A DNA stretch of 64,000 bases from Chloroflexota bacterium (lineage in GTDB: Bacteria; Chloroflexota; Dehalococcoidia; Dehalococcoidales; RBG-16-60-22): contig JAHJTL010000005.1 in NCBI GenBank assembly GCA_018829775.1, positions 6,506 to 70,505 on the forward strand, in the 5' to 3' direction. Positions 29,166-38,553 of this stretch are shown here, in pieces. Under the pieces are notes generated by a model that was given only the letters and a program-made list of their open reading frames with translations, ran no database searches and was not told the DNA's origin. Position 1 is the stretch's first letter. Each line of letters starts with the position of its first letter. Made by a program: the position numbers and the translations under genes.

Positions 29166-30293
29166 TTAGCCATATTTAACAAATCGAGCTGGATCGAAAG
29201 AATTAATAGAATAAGAAGTCTTACCCTTCAGTATTAGTTCGGTTATAATGAGGGCGGTTATTGGGCTCAGTAAAATACCTTTTGACCAATGGCCTGTAGC
29301 CAGGTAGGCATTACTCTGAAAAGGAAACTCTCCAATAATAGGCAAGCCATCTGCTGTAAGAGGTCTAAGACAAGCAGTCTGCGTTACTACTTGAGCTTCG
29401 ATTGACGATGGTAAGATATTAAGGAGCCCGGTGATAATGGTATCTCGGCCTTCAATGGTTGTACTATCATCGAACCCTACCTGTTCATGTGTAGTCCCGG
29501 TGTAAATAAGTCCCTCATGCGCTTTATAAGTTACATAGTGATTGCCACTGAATATAGTTGAAGTGAGAGATGGGCTTGATGCTTGTATTTTCACAATTTG
29601 TCCTCTCTCAGGTCCTACAGGAATCGGGAAATCCAGCCAGGAAGAAGCCATGCTCGTCCATGGCCCCATAGCTAATACCGTGCTTTGGGAGATGATTTCA
29701 CGCGATGACATCTTAACACCGGTTACCTTATTCCTGGTTTTCCTGAGTCCGACCACGTTTCCGTAGTGAATCTCGGCGCCCATTTTTTCCGCAGCTTGGG
29801 CTAGAGCTAGAACATATCTGTAGCTTTCAATATTTGCTCCGTCTTCGCAATATATGGCACCTTTTAATTTGTGGGAAATCCTGTCCTCTATATTGAGAAC
29901 GGACTGTTTATCCAGCCAGGATACTTTAATCCCTATTTCCTGGTTTAATTTAACAAGAGACCTTAATTCATCTGCCTCACGCTCGGAAAAAGCAAGTATC
30001 AACTGAGTTGATTTGCGGAAATGACAATCAATACCGGTTGTTTCTTTTAACTCCTTAGACAGCGCTTCATGCATTTGAAAGCTTTTCCAGGTTAGGGGTA
30101 GCAGGGACTCTGTCTTTGTCTCGTCCAATACCATCGGGTTGAGAATTCCTGTTGCAGTTCCAGACGCACGTTCACCGATGCTATCTTTCTCAACAACGGC
30201 AACCTTAACCCCTTTTCGACTGAGGAAATATGCAGTGGCACAACCGATAGCACCCGCCCCAACAATAACAACATCGGCTGAAGTAGTTTTCAT
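29166..30293 (-). CDS. FAD-dependent oxidoreductase, DAO (D-amino acid / glycine / sarcosine oxidase) family
   Basis: 375 aa. N-terminal dinucleotide fold DVVIVGAGAIGCATAYFLSRKGVKVAVVEK and C-terminal GHWSKGILLSP. Confidence 0.85.
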   Translation of the reverse strand: MKTTSADVVIVGAGAIGCATAYFLSRKGVKVAVVEKDSIGERASGTATGILNPMVLDETKTESLLPLTWKSFQMHEALSKELKETTGIDCHFRKSTQLILAFSEREADELRSLVKLNQEIGIKVSWLDKQSVLNIEDRISHKLKGAIYCEDGANIESYRYVLALAQAAEKMGAEIHYGNVVGLRKTRNKVTGVKMSSREIISQSTVLAMGPWTSMASSWLDFPIPVGPERGQIVKIQASSPSLTSTIFSGNHYVTYKAHEGLIYTGTTHEQVGFDDSTTIEGRDTIITGLLNILPSSIEAQVVTQTACLRPLTADGLPIIGEFPFQSNAYLATGHWSKGILLSPITALIITELILKGKTSYSINSFDPARFVKYG

Positions 30294-30561
30294 ACTATTC
30301 TTATTTCTAATATTCGAAGTAACAAGAAGTCTTTCGTTAAAGCTGGCTATAAGTTACAAAGGGCAAGCACCATTTGTCAAGATTAATCAAGTAATAATAA
30401 ACCAAATATTTATTTATATCATGGACCTGTGGCCATGCGGAATGTGGGACTGGCTATGAGAAGGTGAGACGAGTTATAAAGCAAGTATTAAGTTAGGTTT
30501 AACTAAATATCTTCCTCATAATAATTTATAGTCTTTACCGGTATTTCACTTTTTTGTGTTG

Positions 30562-31143
30562 TTAAGTCTTCAGAACACCAGCCGTTTCCAGTATTCTCCA
30601 AAATGCGTAATCTGCATTATGGACAATCATTCCTACAAGGCTTCTCCTGACATTTTCACCTTCCATTGAGTGAGCACCAGCTATATGCGCAATCTTTTCT
30701 GGTAAACCTACAGATAGCGCGATATGAACTCCGTATACAGGATGCCGAATTGAAGGCCAACCGGTAACACGAGGGTCAGATTTCCATCTCTCTTGATTGG
30801 CTGCGTCAAACTCAAAAGGTTTACCGAGATCGTGGCAAAGTCCACCCGCGATCACTTCATCCATATCTACGTTAAATTGCGGGAAAGTGTCTGTTAATTC
30901 CTTCGCAATAGCTGCAGATAAACGAGCTACAGACCTGAGATGATCTGCCTGGGTACCGGTTCTCATCGCAGGGGTACCGGGATTTCCCGACGCAGGGATA
31001 TCTTCAATTTTCTTATATTCACTTGTGGCTAATGACACCGCCCAGGCATCGTAAACCTTTTCCCTAATTTCCTGGTTCTTAATCTGCTTTGCTTCAGGAA
31101 GAGCTTTGATTACTCCATCTCGTATCTTTTTATCGATCTCCAT
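30562..31143 (-). CDS. HD-domain metal-dependent phosphohydrolase
   Basis: 193 aa. H..(ADHLRSV)...LCHDLGKP...H pattern. Confidence 0.7.
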   Translation of the reverse strand: MEIDKKIRDGVIKALPEAKQIKNQEIREKVYDAWAVSLATSEYKKIEDIPASGNPGTPAMRTGTQADHLRSVARLSAAIAKELTDTFPQFNVDMDEVIAGGLCHDLGKPFEFDAANQERWKSDPRVTGWPSIRHPVYGVHIALSVGLPEKIAHIAGAHSMEGENVRRSLVGMIVHNADYAFWRILETAGVLKT

Positions 31144-31199
31144 TTCTATTACCTCCTACACTAGTTATTCTATAGGCAATTTTACATTGAGTAAATTGA

Positions 31200-31227
31200 A
31201 TTATAATCCTATATAATGAGATGTCAA
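31200..31227 (-). promoter_or_regulatory. Strong sigma-70-type promoter (copy 3 of the recurrent module) for the HD-domain gene
   Basis: Minus strand reads AGTATTGACATCTCATTATATAGGATTATAATTC, i.e. TTGACA-N16-TATAAT. Confidence 0.7.
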
Positions 31228-31337
31228 TACTAAGACAGCGAAATCGGCTGGAGCACGTAAAAGAATAAAATATTATAAGAGAATATATTAAAATGGCGAT
31301 ATAATGAAACTAAATACTTTAGAAAGAGGAGAACAAA

Positions 31338-31958
31338 ATGACAAACGAACAAATGAGGGAAGTAATTAACCTGGATGTATACTTTGACTATATTTGACCC
31401 TACGTCTACAATGCAGCAGTTTGGTTGCAAAGAGTGCAAGAGGATATCAAAGATAAGTTAATCGTCAACTGGAAGTATTCCAGCCTTGAGCAGATTAACA
31501 GCCAGCAGGGACCCCAATGGAAAATCTGGGAACAGCCTGAAGACTACCAATCTCGCGGTTTGCGCGCTTTCCAGGCTGCGGAAGCTGCCCGGCAGCAGGG
31601 TGAAAGTGTCTTTCATTCATTTCATATTGCCTTACTTAAAGCCAAGCACGAACAAAAGCGTGATATTGCCGACGTAAACACCCTCATTGAAGTGGCCAAT
31701 AATAATGGCCTGGAGATGAAACGATTTAAAAATGACCTGAGCAACCGTCAGCTACTGACAAAGCTTGCTAACGAGCATACTTTCGCCGTGGAAGAGCTGG
31801 GTGTTTTCGGTACTCCTACTTTAGTCTTCCCGGAAAACCAGGCAATTTTCCTGAAAATGTCACCTCCTCCACCACAGGAGGAATGCCTCCCGCTCTTTAA
31901 TGAACTATTTAATCTGGCATACCGCAGGCGAATTATCCATGAAATAAAAAGACCGTAA
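31338..31958 (+). CDS. DsbA / HCCA-isomerase / GST-kappa-like thioredoxin-fold protein with in-frame TGA (31395-31397) at the catalytic position; candidate selenoprotein (or pseudogene)
   Basis: ATG 31338 has a GAGGAG SD 6 nt upstream. It reads MTNEQMREVINLDVYFDYI-TGA-PYVYNAAVWLQRVQED..., in frame with the ORF-track ORF 31425-31958 (called from TTG). The TGA aligns with C of CPWC (DsbA/FrnE) or S of SPYSW (GST kappa/HCCA isomerase). Confidence 0.55.
31412..31429 (+). promoter_or_regulatory. SECIS-like hairpin downstream of the in-frame UGA
   Basis: UGCAGC-AGUUUG-GUUGCA forms a 6-bp stem (one G-U pair) with a GU-containing apical loop. The stem begins 14 nt, and the apical loop about 20 nt, downstream of UGA. 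Confidence 0.35.
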
Positions 31959-32028
31959 CATCTAAGCGTGTGGGATGTGGTTGCGGTAGCTTATAAGCAT
32001 TCAGCTATTATCAGTTGAAGATTCCACG

Positions 32029-32604
32029 CTATCCGCGGCCAAAATATGGATTCTTACCAGTTACCGACAGCGGGATGCCAATAATAATATCTGACTTTAA
32101 CAATCCCAGTGACTTGGCGGCGGCTCCAACAGTGTACATCATCCGGTTATCAATGCCGAGTTCAGCAGCCAGCTTGGCCGATGAACACAAGGCAATGCCC
32201 AGGTCCATTGCTTGAAATATGCAAACCGGGCCGACAAAATCCCTTGCCTTTGCCTTCTTTCTCGCTTTGGACAGGTGTTCACAGCTGGCAAAGCCACATG
32301 CACCGCAGTCCAATGGCTGCTCTATCTTTTTTGGTTCACCGGTAACGCCGAGCAACAGGACACAGCCTGAATTTCTAACATTATTCGCGTCCCTTCTATA
32401 AACGGAGGAAAGGTAGTCCGGCTTCTCTGCCGCCTTCCGTTCCATAGCTAATGCCAGCTTTTCCAAATCATCGTCCACCAGAACGAGGCTTGCTGTGGAG
32501 TCAACCGCCCTCCCCTTGGGCGCTGTTCTGGCACTTGCTGCCATCAATGCCGCCGCCATAGTTACCGCGCTTTTCTCGACCTCTATGCTTTTCAATTGAG
32601 CCAT
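32029..32604 (-). CDS. DUF2148 (ferredoxin-domain-like) protein
   Basis: 191 aa. AAALMAASARTAPKGRAVD... and the Cys cluster CGACGFASC resemble DUF2148 proteins, recognised from memory. Confidence 0.65.
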   Translation of the reverse strand: MAQLKSIEVEKSAVTMAAALMAASARTAPKGRAVDSTASLVLVDDDLEKLALAMERKAAEKPDYLSSVYRRDANNVRNSGCVLLLGVTGEPKKIEQPLDCGACGFASCEHLSKARKKAKARDFVGPVCIFQAMDLGIALCSSAKLAAELGIDNRMMYTVGAAAKSLGLLKSDIIIGIPLSVTGKNPYFGRG

Positions 32605-32724
32605 TTATTCTTCCTTCCCTTCAGACTGTTGAACACATAATCACCATTGCACGAACATTGGGATGTCTGCCTTTTCATGCGTACTGCCCAGGAATTGAAT
32701 CGAAGCCATTTTCGTGTTAAAAGG

Positions 32725-33639
32725 TTAGTGAGTCGCTGCGCTGGGCGAATCCAGGTCATGATCCGTCCATCCACAAGCTTCGCACAAACTCACATAAGTG
32801 TCCAACTCAGCTCGGAAGTCGGCGACTACTCTATAAGAAGAGCATTTCGGGCATCTATCGGGGGTCCCTTTTTCATGTCGAACCAGGGCAATACCAAATG
32901 TTGACAATAGCGTTTGGACAGCGTCAACGGCCATCCATCCGTCGAACCGAACAGCGTTCGAGGAGTGTGTGAGCCAGTTGACAAGTTGCCACGTTGATTT
33001 AGACATTGCCTTAAGGTAACCGCGGACCTCTTCCGCACTGTTTCCTCGCGCTATTGTGTCCGCGATTAATCCTGACCATTGCACAAAGTCACCCGCCTTA
33101 GGTGCCTTTTGTCCCTCGGGGACCATATCAGTCGAAGAGACCGACCGTACGAATGCGATTAGGCACTCTCTACACATCATACCCACCGCCTGAAATCCTT
33201 CAGCTTCGTCGGCCTCCTCGAGTGCTTCCGCAGCTTGTTCCCAACGTCTCCACACGGATTGGCTTAGACGGTGTTCATGCTCAGGGGCTTTGCGAGCTTG
33301 CCTTGCCATCACCCTCATGGTCACGCCGATGTGGAATGAAACGGTATAGTCCAGGCTTGGAAAAAGCTTTTGAGAATACAAGTTGGTCGGGTTAGTGATG
33401 ACCCAATATCTGTCTTTGTTAGTCCTGACATCCCATGCGTCGAGCCTTCTATCGAAGAGGTTTTCAATAGCCAACTTCTCGAGGTGCGTTACCTTTTCTC
33501 CTCCGGCTTCCAACTCAACATATTCTCGGATGTAACGCTCCTCATGTTCAGGCTGTTTCAGTACAGTCTTCTTCAGCGCAGAGTCGGACACAGGACCGGG
33601 AATCGCGTGGGAGGATTTGCCAGTCTTCCGTGGAGACAT
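32725..33639 (-). CDS. Hypothetical protein with C-terminal zinc ribbon
   Basis: ATG 33639 has an AGGAG SD 6 nt upstream (ORF-track start is 33687). C-terminal CPKCSSYRVV...CEACGW is a CxxC...CxxC ribbon. No family recognised. Confidence 0.55.
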   Translation of the reverse strand: MSPRKTGKSSHAIPGPVSDSALKKTVLKQPEHEERYIREYVELEAGGEKVTHLEKLAIENLFDRRLDAWDVRTNKDRYWVITNPTNLYSQKLFPSLDYTVSFHIGVTMRVMARQARKAPEHEHRLSQSVWRRWEQAAEALEEADEAEGFQAVGMMCRECLIAFVRSVSSTDMVPEGQKAPKAGDFVQWSGLIADTIARGNSAEEVRGYLKAMSKSTWQLVNWLTHSSNAVRFDGWMAVDAVQTLLSTFGIALVRHEKGTPDRCPKCSSYRVVADFRAELDTYVSLCEACGWTDHDLDSPSAATH

Positions 33640-33695
33640 AACATGCTCCTGCGTTAGTACTTTATGAGTATTATAACATAAAGACAATTTACTGC

Positions 33696-34739
33696 TTAAG
33701 GTTTCAATAAGACCGCCAGGTTTTGTCCACTCCGTATCGAGTCGAATCCTCTTTTGGCTTCTTCAAGCGGCATTATCTCGGAAATCAGCGGTTTGATATT
33801 GACGAGCTTGTTGGCCATCAGATTAAGGGCAGCCAATATTGACCCACCGATGTGTCCTCGAATAGTCAACTTATTGGCTACCCAGTGGGCAGGGTCTACC
33901 TCCATAGGCCTGATGAATCCTGTCAAGGCTATTGTACCACCGTGTCTGACCATGCGAACTGCCTGATTTAACACCTTCCCTTCACGCACACAAACTAAGA
34001 CCGCATCAGGGCCCGCATCAGTTAACTCTGTAACTGCATCCACAATGTCCACTTCTCTGGCATTGAGCGCTGCATCGGCTCCCATTTCCAGCGCCTTATC
34101 CAAGCGCGATTTCACTATGTCGGCAACAATGACAGGGGCTACACCCATAGCTCTTGCGCATAGCATCGCACACAGGCCGATTCTGCCGGCGCCAATGATT
34201 ACGGCGGACTGCCCTATTTTCAAATCTGCGGCGTTGATTGAGCCTATTCCTGTAGCCAGAGGTTCTGTTAGGCAAGCTTCTTCTGACGGTACATTTTCAG
34301 GCACCAATTGAAGTGAATGTTGAGGCTTCAAGAAATATTCGGCCATGGCACCGCCCCTTTTCCAGAATGCCTGACTTCCTACATAGGAACCTCTTGATGG
34401 TCCACCAAGACACAGGTGATACATCAGGTGCTTACAGAAGTAGCACTCCCCGCAGGGCTGTTTTATCTGAGAGCTCGTCACCCTGTCGCCGACTGACCAT
34501 CCCTGAACATCTTTACCGATTTCGACAACTTCAGCTACCCATTCATGCCCCAGTATGGTCCCAGCATGCAACTCAAAACCGGGGATATCTTGAAGTGCAC
34601 CATCAAGATATTCAATGTCAGTGCCGCAAATCGAACAGTATATGGTTCTGAGGAGGACGGTCCCGGGTTCCGCCCGTGGCGTTGGAATTTCCTGTACCTT
34701 GATGCTTTTCAGATCTTCCTGGATTACTACTGCTCTCAT
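33696..34739 (-). CDS. Zn-dependent MDR alcohol/polyol dehydrogenase (paralogue A)
   Basis: CGTD, GHE, the structural Zn motif CGECYFCKHLMYHLC, and GAGRIG. ATG 34739 is preceded by GAGGTG; the GTG at 34748 lies inside that SD. Confidence 0.85.
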   Translation of the reverse strand: MRAVVIQEDLKSIKVQEIPTPRAEPGTVLLRTIYCSICGTDIEYLDGALQDIPGFELHAGTILGHEWVAEVVEIGKDVQGWSVGDRVTSSQIKQPCGECYFCKHLMYHLCLGGPSRGSYVGSQAFWKRGGAMAEYFLKPQHSLQLVPENVPSEEACLTEPLATGIGSINAADLKIGQSAVIIGAGRIGLCAMLCARAMGVAPVIVADIVKSRLDKALEMGADAALNAREVDIVDAVTELTDAGPDAVLVCVREGKVLNQAVRMVRHGGTIALTGFIRPMEVDPAHWVANKLTIRGHIGGSILAALNLMANKLVNIKPLISEIMPLEEAKRGFDSIRSGQNLAVLLKP

Positions 34740-34848
34740 ACCAAACACCTCATCATGATACTGATATGAATTATTATCTCATATCGGCCTTAAGTACTCC
34801 TATTTAACTTACAATGTGCATCGTCAGCATTTATGGCACAGCCGCTTT

Positions 34849-36048
34849 TTACAGGATAGGGCCTGTGGTGTACATAACTAAGAGCTCCCGGTAGTCGGAG
34901 CGCATCTCTTGATTGGTCAGCTTACCAGAGGCTACCGCGATGACCTCCTGAAATAGTCGTTCTGCCACCTGTTCAACGGTTTCCTTACCCTCAATAATGG
35001 TATCAGCGTAGATATCATAGCACTCTTTTTCCTGGCTATCCCGCGGCTTGCTTGGATTACTGACTACAACTATCTCAGGGAGTGTCGGAAGTCCGCCTGC
35101 CCAACCGGGTAAGCAGCGGAAGCTGGAAGTAAGTCCGCCGCCCAGGTTGTAAATGTGAATCTGAACTCCCGCCGCTGCCTCCCCGGCAATCAGTTCGCCG
35201 GTCATTGCTGTGCCGTCCATGAAGAACAACCCTTTTCCTTGGGGCTTTTCCGCATATTCAAGAACGCCTTGTAAGGGGGCAGTACCTGTTTTCTGGAAGG
35301 CACCTAGAGATTTCTCCTCAATAGTCGTCAAACCACCTTCGATATTACCACGAGTTGGCTGTGAACCCCTCATGTCCTCTCCGGTAGCCTTAATCCTGGC
35401 TTCCATTCGGTCTACCGCTGCCTCAAGCCGCCTCGCTACTTCCTTACTGACCGCCCTCTTGGCCAGCAGGTGAGTAGCGCCGATGACCTCCGTGGTCTCC
35501 GAAAATATGGCGCCGCCCCCTTCCGCAATTAATCGGTCAAAGACCCGTCCGGTAACGGGATTACCAAGAATACCCGAAGTGGCATTGGAAGCGCCGCACT
35601 TCACTCCCAGTGTGAGGTGGCTCAGGGCAAAGGGCTTTCTCTCCATCCGGGAGGCCTGAGACGCCATACGCCGGGCTACCGACAACCCTCTGTCCAGCAC
35701 GTCCTGAAATCCACTGCTCCCCTTAACGGTCAGGACCTCAACCGGCTTTTTGGATTTGGCTATACCCTCGCCAATCTCCAGCGGAGGCGGGTTCTCGCAG
35801 CCGACACCGACCACAATGGCGGCAGCAACATTGGGATTACTGCCCAGTCCGATCAGGGTTCGTAACGCCCGTTCGTTGTCTTCTCTGAGACGGACACAGG
35901 GATAGGTATGAAGTATAGGCACCGCGCCCTTGACCGCATCGGCAATGGTAGCGGCCATTTCATTGGCGCACCTCCCCCCAGAAATTACTGCCACATGGTT
36001 ACGCACTCCTACAGAGCCGTCGGGCCTCCCGTATCCCAGAAATTCCAT
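34849..36048 (-). CDS. UxaA-family (altronate/galactarate dehydratase large domain) hydro-lyase, no SAF domain
   Basis: 399 aa. MEFLGYGRPDGSVGVRNHVAVIS is the typical start of the catalytic domain. Confidence 0.8.
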   Translation of the reverse strand: MEFLGYGRPDGSVGVRNHVAVISGGRCANEMAATIADAVKGAVPILHTYPCVRLREDNERALRTLIGLGSNPNVAAAIVVGVGCENPPPLEIGEGIAKSKKPVEVLTVKGSSGFQDVLDRGLSVARRMASQASRMERKPFALSHLTLGVKCGASNATSGILGNPVTGRVFDRLIAEGGGAIFSETTEVIGATHLLAKRAVSKEVARRLEAAVDRMEARIKATGEDMRGSQPTRGNIEGGLTTIEEKSLGAFQKTGTAPLQGVLEYAEKPQGKGLFFMDGTAMTGELIAGEAAAGVQIHIYNLGGGLTSSFRCLPGWAGGLPTLPEIVVVSNPSKPRDSQEKECYDIYADTIIEGKETVEQVAERLFQEVIAVASGKLTNQEMRSDYRELLVMYTTGPIL

Positions 36049-36219
36049 TATTTTCCTCCTTCGTGGGCTGAATAGGGATTTTATACTTAAAAAGGAATCT
36101 TTTACTAACGTTTATGCGAAATATTTTTATCAGTTGTGGAAAACTATGTGGCATTATGGGTGTATTTTATTCTATCATAAATAAACGTAATGTGAGCATT
36201 AAATACAAAGGAGGGGCTA

Positions 36220-36975
36220 ATGAGACTATCTGGTAAAGTTGCCATAATTACCGGGGGAAACCGCGGCATAGGAAAAGCGATTTCTCTGGCTTTTGCCAGA
36301 GAGGGTGCTAAAGTCGTTGTGGTCGGTCGGAATAAATCTCGTTGCAATGAAGTGGTTGACCAGGTTATCAAAGAAGGTGGGGAAGCAATCAGCATCCAGG
36401 TTGATGTCGCCAGCGAAGCCGACGTTGCCAGAATGGCGAAGCAGACCAAAGACAAGTACCAGCGGATTGACATTTTGGTGAACAATGCGGCGGTGAACTT
36501 GCCCTACAGAACGGTCAGTGAATTGACATTGGAGGAATGGAACTGGATACTCAATGTTAACCTGACCGGTCCGTTTCTCTGTATCCGGTCAGTCCTTCCC
36601 GAAATGATTACACAGCGCTCGGGGAAAATAATTAACCTTTCTTCAATCGGTGGCCGGCATGGAGCAGCCGGTAGAACTCCCTACCGGGCGACCAAAGCAG
36701 CTATTATCAATTTAACAGAGTGTATCGCGGCTGAAGTCAAAGAATTCGGCATTGATGTCAATGCTATTTGCCCTGGAGCGGTGGACACGGATATGCTTCG
36801 CGAAATCACCGGTGGGGAAATTCCAACGCACACTATGCCTCCGGAAGATATCGCGGCCGTGGCAGTATTCCTTGCATCTGATGAGAGTAAAGCTGTTACC
36901 GGAACGGCGATTGATGCCTTTGGAAAAACTAATCCGATATTCGGTGTGCCACCGTCGGTTCGCCCAATCAAATGA
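36220..36975 (+). CDS. SDR-family oxidoreductase (FabG-like)
   Basis: TGGNRGIGKAI, NNAA and YRATKAA (YxxxK). Confidence 0.9.
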   Translation: MRLSGKVAIITGGNRGIGKAISLAFAREGAKVVVVGRNKSRCNEVVDQVIKEGGEAISIQVDVASEADVARMAKQTKDKYQRIDILVNNAAVNLPYRTVSELTLEEWNWILNVNLTGPFLCIRSVLPEMITQRSGKIINLSSIGGRHGAAGRTPYRATKAAIINLTECIAAEVKEFGIDVNAICPGAVDTDMLREITGGEIPTHTMPPEDIAAVAVFLASDESKAVTGTAIDAFGKTNPIFGVPPSVRPIK

Positions 36976-37197
36976 GGTCCGGTTTTTTATTAGGATTTGA
37001 GTTTAGTTTTCTTTTTAGAAATTGTCAATACAGGATTTGCTATGTGGCGGCATAAACGGAGTTAGCGTGGCCCGAGTGCTGCGGAAACTGATAAGGGTCA
37101 TAAAGAACAAGAACCAGATGACGGGTAATACTGGAAGCATCGAACGTAGATATGGCTGTTGTTTGGCCTGCGTTTCCCCTGTGACACTGAAACCAAT

Positions 37198-38553
37198 CTA
37201 AACGCTCGGATTAACAACGCGTCCAATAAACAGTATCGTGCCGGTCTCAATGTCTCTAATCAGAAAGATGAAGGGTCGATCAACCGTAACCTCGACCGGA
37301 GGAGCGGGCACCGCTGTGAGCGTCATTATCACCGCTGTGGCTGCTGCTGCTTCGGTGCCGGCCTCATCGACGGAGACAAAAGCCTTGTGCAGGACGTCAT
37401 CTATGGCGAGGTCCCGGTTGCCCGTCATGCCAGAAAAATCCGCGTCCGCAGAGAAAGCCACCGGCATGCCCATCGTTGTCAGGGCCTTCTTCAGGCTGAA
37501 TTCGGATTCGAACTCAAATTTTGGTATCGTCAGGTTAACCTGCTGGCCTGCAAGGCTTGAAATAATCCCGGTAACCCGCTGGTAACCCATTGAGCTTTCG
37601 AAAGTCTCAAACCGGCCTTCCCTGGGGAGTAAAATAACCATCGAGAGTTCATGGCCATCGTAGGGAAGTTCCACTGCCTGGTAATCGTCTCCCTCGGCAT
37701 AGCCGAACGATTCCGTTTGTGTCATCATCGGCACGATGACCTCTCCGCCATCCAGCAGGTAGAAGGGACCATCGGTAGTCGCGTCCTCGTTGAACGGAAA
37801 TTGCCATGCCGCGTTAAAGTAAATGGCATTGGTTAAGACAAGACGTGTTAGTGCATCAATCGCACCCTCTGGAATCAGGTCTTCAATCCTGCCCTCGGTC
37901 TGTTCACTTATCCAGTCATTGATGGTGATTCGAGATGCCTCGGGGGCATTGACGAAATCAAGGGCCCTTAACCCGGCACCGTAGTTTTCAGCCAGGACAT
38001 CAAGGAATTCGGAGAGGAATCTGTAGTCTTCCTGACCCCATATGGCGTTCACGATATTCAGGCGAAAGCCCTCTTCATCCTTCCCCTGGGCACCCTCACC
38101 GCGTTTGCTGAGCTCGATATCAAGGCCGTTAAATGCCGGATGCAGGCGATCCTGGGATAGGACAAAGCGCAGGGTGTCGGACATCTGCTTCTCGGTCTCG
38201 CCGCGGGCACTGGAGTAGGTCATCGCCAGTGCCTGGGAGATACTGTATGGAGAAAAGAAGACATTGTTATTCTCCTGTCTAAGTAACTGATAAAGGTCGA
38301 AAGCGAAAGCGCTGTTCTCTTCGACCAGCATGGTGAAATCGGATTCATTTACTTCAGGCGAAGTTATTCGCGGCTTCTCTGACTGGAGTATATTGACTGA
38401 TATGGGTGCAGGAGTTGGAGATGGTGGAGGCGATGGAGCAGGAGCCGGGGCCGGGGCTGGAGAAGGAATCGGCTGAGGTGTGGCACATCCTGACATGATA
38501 AGAGTAACCAGACTTAAAAGAACGATTCCGGCAGATAATCTCGTTTTACTCAT
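37198..38553 (-). CDS. Serpin-family protease inhibitor, lipoprotein with Pro/Ala-rich linker
   Basis: Lipobox LIMSGC, then PSPAPAPAPAPSPPPSPTPAP. Serpin core (FSPYSISQALAMTY..., NAIYFNAAW) and hinge/RCL (DEAGTEAAAATAVIMT). ATG 38553 has a GAAAGAGG SD. Confidence 0.85.
   Translation of the reverse strand: MSKTRLSAGIVLLSLVTLIMSGCATPQPIPSPAPAPAPAPSPPPSPTPAPISVNILQSEKPRITSPEVNESDFTMLVEENSAFAFDLYQLLRQENNNVFFSPYSISQALAMTYSSARGETEKQMSDTLRFVLSQDRLHPAFNGLDIELSKRGEGAQGKDEEGFRLNIVNAIWGQEDYRFLSEFLDVLAENYGAGLRALDFVNAPEASRITINDWISEQTEGRIEDLIPEGAIDALTRLVLTNAIYFNAAWQFPFNEDATTDGPFYLLDGGEVIVPMMTQTESFGYAEGDDYQAVELPYDGHELSMVILLPREGRFETFESSMGYQRVTGIISSLAGQQVNLTIPKFEFESEFSLKKALTTMGMPVAFSADADFSGMTGNRDLAIDDVLHKAFVSVDEAGTEAAAATAVIMTLTAVPAPPVEVTVDRPFIFLIRDIETGTILFIGRVVNPSV

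Noticed and set aside
37000-37040. GTATTGACAAT (minus strand) with a possible TAAACT -10 between the convergent SDR and serpin genes
   Set aside because: It would fire antisense into the end of the SDR gene with no downstream ORF. The -10 is poor. It is probably a chance -35-like hexamer, although an antisense or sRNA promoter cannot be excluded without RNA data.
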